Notes under the pieces: generated by a model
Database searches by the model: none
The model's input: only the letters and a program-made list of their open reading frames with translations
Told to the model about the DNA's origin: nothing
Position numbers and translations under genes: made by a program
Shown here: piece after piece, positions 62,438 to 64,000 of the stretch
Layout of the letters: every line of letters starts with the position of its first letter
How positions within the stretch are numbered: the first letter of the stretch is position 1
Source of the DNA: Candidatus Caldarchaeum sp.
GTDB taxonomy: Archaea; Thermoproteota; Nitrososphaeria_A; Caldarchaeales; Caldarchaeaceae
Direction of reading: 5' to 3'
Length of the DNA stretch: 64,000 nucleotides
NCBI GenBank assembly: GCA_033580815.1
Contig: JAVQUC010000001.1
Coordinates: forward strand, 93,259 to 157,258

Positions 62438-63020
62438 CTGCAGCGATTGACCCCACCTTGATGATTTTACTTTTGTGAATTCCGACGTGTCGCGGCAGGA
62501 TTATTTTCTTGACCTTGTTGTAAATGTCTGATGCTGTTTTTCCCAGAACGAGCTCCTGAGCGAACTGGTCGTGTGAAAGGTTTGATGCCGTCTCCTCTAA
62601 TACCTGTCTCATGATCTTACGAATTGCTTTTCGCTTCGACGACGATATTCTCGACGATGTAAAAACAATTGGATAAACTCGGATGACGAATCCGTCCTTG
62701 GTGGTCACGTCAAAAATGTACTCGATCTTATTCGTACCTCTTTTCACAAGGCTTCGCAAATATTCGCGGCCGTATTCGTGTCCGTAAAAAATGGTGTTGC
62801 AGACGCTATCCTTGACCTCGACGATTCGGAACTTCAGCTGCATGTACTGCTTGGAGAAATCGTCGGTTAAAGCGTATAGGCTCGTTCTTAGGACTCTTCC
62901 AATCAATTTCGAGGGCTCGTCAGCCATCGTTGAACCAAGCCATCTTGCTCCGAAGTATGGTGGAGAATAGATTTCATAAGTCTTTTTTGGCTTCTTTTGC
63001 TCTGTAGGTTTTTTCGACAA
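62415..63020 (-). CDS. rps3ae: ribosomal protein S3Ae (eS1)
   Basis: 201 aa with YEIYSPPYFG, LKFRIVEV and ISSSKRKAIRKIM. Confidence 0.9.
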   Translation of the reverse strand: MSKKPTEQKKPKKTYEIYSPPYFGARWLGSTMADEPSKLIGRVLRTSLYALTDDFSKQYMQLKFRIVEVKDSVCNTIFYGHEYGREYLRSLVKRGTNKIEYIFDVTTKDGFVIRVYPIVFTSSRISSSKRKAIRKIMRQVLEETASNLSHDQFAQELVLGKTASDIYNKVKKIILPRHVGIHKSKIIKVGSIAAVASVHEG

Positions 63021-63044
63021 CCCGGCGATATACTCGATTGGTCG

Positions 63045-63326
63045 CTATATATCTGTATGTTTCTCCCGTGACGTGCGGAGCACTTTCTCTGAAACAGCAG
63101 CCATCTTGAGAATGTCGTCGACTGTGGCCAAAAAAGACGGCAAGCCTCTCTTGCAGCTAATCTCTACGACGACTTCGTCGCCGCGGTGCGTGGTTTCGAC
63201 CTCTAGGCCTTCGGGAAGCGGTTTGTCGTCGGGCTTGAGAGCTCGGGCAACTATGGCGGCCTCTTCAGCGGTTTTGAACCGAATTTTAATCGACGATCTT
63301 ACCTGGGGAGGCTGCAAGCATTTCAC
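63045..63326 (-). CDS. Pcc1-family protein, second paralog in the window (Pcc2 candidate)
   Basis: 93 aa. IKIRFKTAEEAAIVARALKPDD..GLEVETTHRGDEVVVEISCKRGLPSFLATVDDILKMAAV follows the Pcc1 beta-alpha pattern. Confidence 0.45.
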   Translation of the reverse strand: MKCLQPPQVRSSIKIRFKTAEEAAIVARALKPDDKPLPEGLEVETTHRGDEVVVEISCKRGLPSFLATVDDILKMAAVSEKVLRTSREKHTDI

Positions 63327-64000
63327 CTACAGCACGGTCAAAATCGGCCAGAAACTTGATCATTCGGTCCGCCGGAACTTCGGCTCCAGCGGCTACGTTG
63401 TGGCCTCCCCCGCGTCCACCATAGGCTGCGCCAAGCTTCGATGTTATGACACCGAGGTTAAGACCTTTTTCCACGAGATGTTTAGAAGCTCTAGCGGAGA
63501 TCTTTACCGATTTGCCGGCGCTCGCTAGAGCAACGAGAACCTTATCACTGGGGAGCAGACCTGAGGAGGAGAGAACGGTCGCTATCGAGCTGATTTGACG
63601 GAAATCAATCACCTCACCGCCCTTGAGAACCACGATGTGATTCAATTCCTCCAGGACACCGGGTTGACTGACATAATCCATGGCCCTAGCGATGTTCAGC
63701 CGATATTCCTCCAGAACTCGCTGAGCCTCCTCGAGTATATCAGACCTAGCGCCCATCGCGACTAGGATGCCGAGCCATCCCTTCCCCGACTTGCCACAAG
63801 CATTCAGCAACGTAGCGTACTCTCTCGCATCTCGTAAATACGTCCAGGTGGCCTCGTTGAGCAGGTCGTAGGTTTTGCCCACGAGCTCGTCGGCGATGCT
63901 TGACGGAAGACCTTTGGAGACCAGATATTCAATCAACCCGTTGTAGATAATTTTCTTTTCCTCTTCGGAGAGGTCTGAAAGAGTTCTCCACTGGTCTCCC
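63286..64000 (-). CDS. RecJ-like DHH/DHHA1 nuclease (partial; N-terminus beyond the window)
   Basis: DHHA1 motif GGGHNVAAGAE. The frame stays open upstream of the track start (TTG 63936) to the window end (..GDQWRTLSDLSEEEKKIIYNGLIEYL..). Confidence 0.7.
   Translation of the reverse strand, partial: GDQWRTLSDLSEEEKKIIYNGLIEYLVSKGLPSSIADELVGKTYDLLNEATWTYLRDAREYATLLNACGKSGKGWLGILVAMGARSDILEEAQRVLEEYRLNIARAMDYVSQPGVLEELNHIVVLKGGEVIDFRQISSIATVLSSSGLLPSDKVLVALASAGKSVKISARASKHLVEKGLNLGVITSKLGAAYGGRGGGHNVAAGAEVPADRMIKFLADFDRAVGEMLAASPGKIVD

Noticed and set aside
1-64000. Mobile elements, CRISPR arrays, rRNA, defence or toxin-antitoxin systems
   Set aside because: By eye I found no repeat-spacer periodicity. 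I found no transposase, integrase or recombinase-like ORFs and no terminal inverted repeats. No long non-coding stretch exists that could hold an rRNA or large ncRNA. A computational repeat scan was not possible here.

Overview
Archaeal chromosomal segment, about 50% GC and more than 90% coding, with TATA-box promoters that often sit about 26 nt from the start codon (leaderless style). I saw no rRNA, CRISPR array, transposase, integrase or recognisable defence genes. It is mostly core housekeeping. The main blocks are:
- The large ribosomal-protein/SecY cluster, L22 to L15-SecY, plus DUF106, L34e, cmk, L14e and cbf5 (39.8-51.8 kb).
- One half of the exosome superoperon: psmA, SBDS, rrp4, rrp41, rrp42, L37ae, pcc1, pfdB (10.1-14.6 kb).
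- The other half of that superoperon: L15e, UPF0201, Rpp30, Pop5 (59-60.9 kb).
- TBP, aEF-2, aIF2-alpha/S27e/L44e, DNA ligase, an AsnRS-like synthetase, one tRNA-Ser(GGA), S13, S3Ae and a RecJ-like gene.

Metabolic and accessory islands:
- lipA / E1-beta / E3 / lipB.
- An ECF transporter module.
- A Mo-hydroxylase set (coxM, coxS, coxG, coxD, coxE, xdhC, moeA) that lacks a large subunit.
- An APC permease fused to a Usp domain.
- A homocitrate/isopropylmalate-synthase-like enzyme with a RAM domain.
- A DtxR-family repressor, split MetE, PhoU, an FNR-like flavoprotein and TatA/TatC.

Gene order (isolated EF-2, L14e/L34e, a cbf5 intron) suggests a TACK/Thermoproteota-type archaeon, but the lineage cannot be fixed from this window.

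I found no convincing novel multi-gene system. The observations most worth follow-up are:
1. A 14-nt BHB-type intron splitting the catalytic Asp codon of cbf5.
2. An ecfA gene whose conserved N-terminus sits behind a perfect Shine-Dalgarno but has TTA where a start codon should be. The upstream stop context is CUU-UGA.
3. Two unannotated micro-ORFs, one almost pure Glu plus aromatic residues and one Lys/Ala-rich and H1-like.
4. Two Pcc1-family paralogs.
5. Incomplete enzyme gene sets: the cox genes without L, and E1-beta/E3 without E1-alpha/E2.
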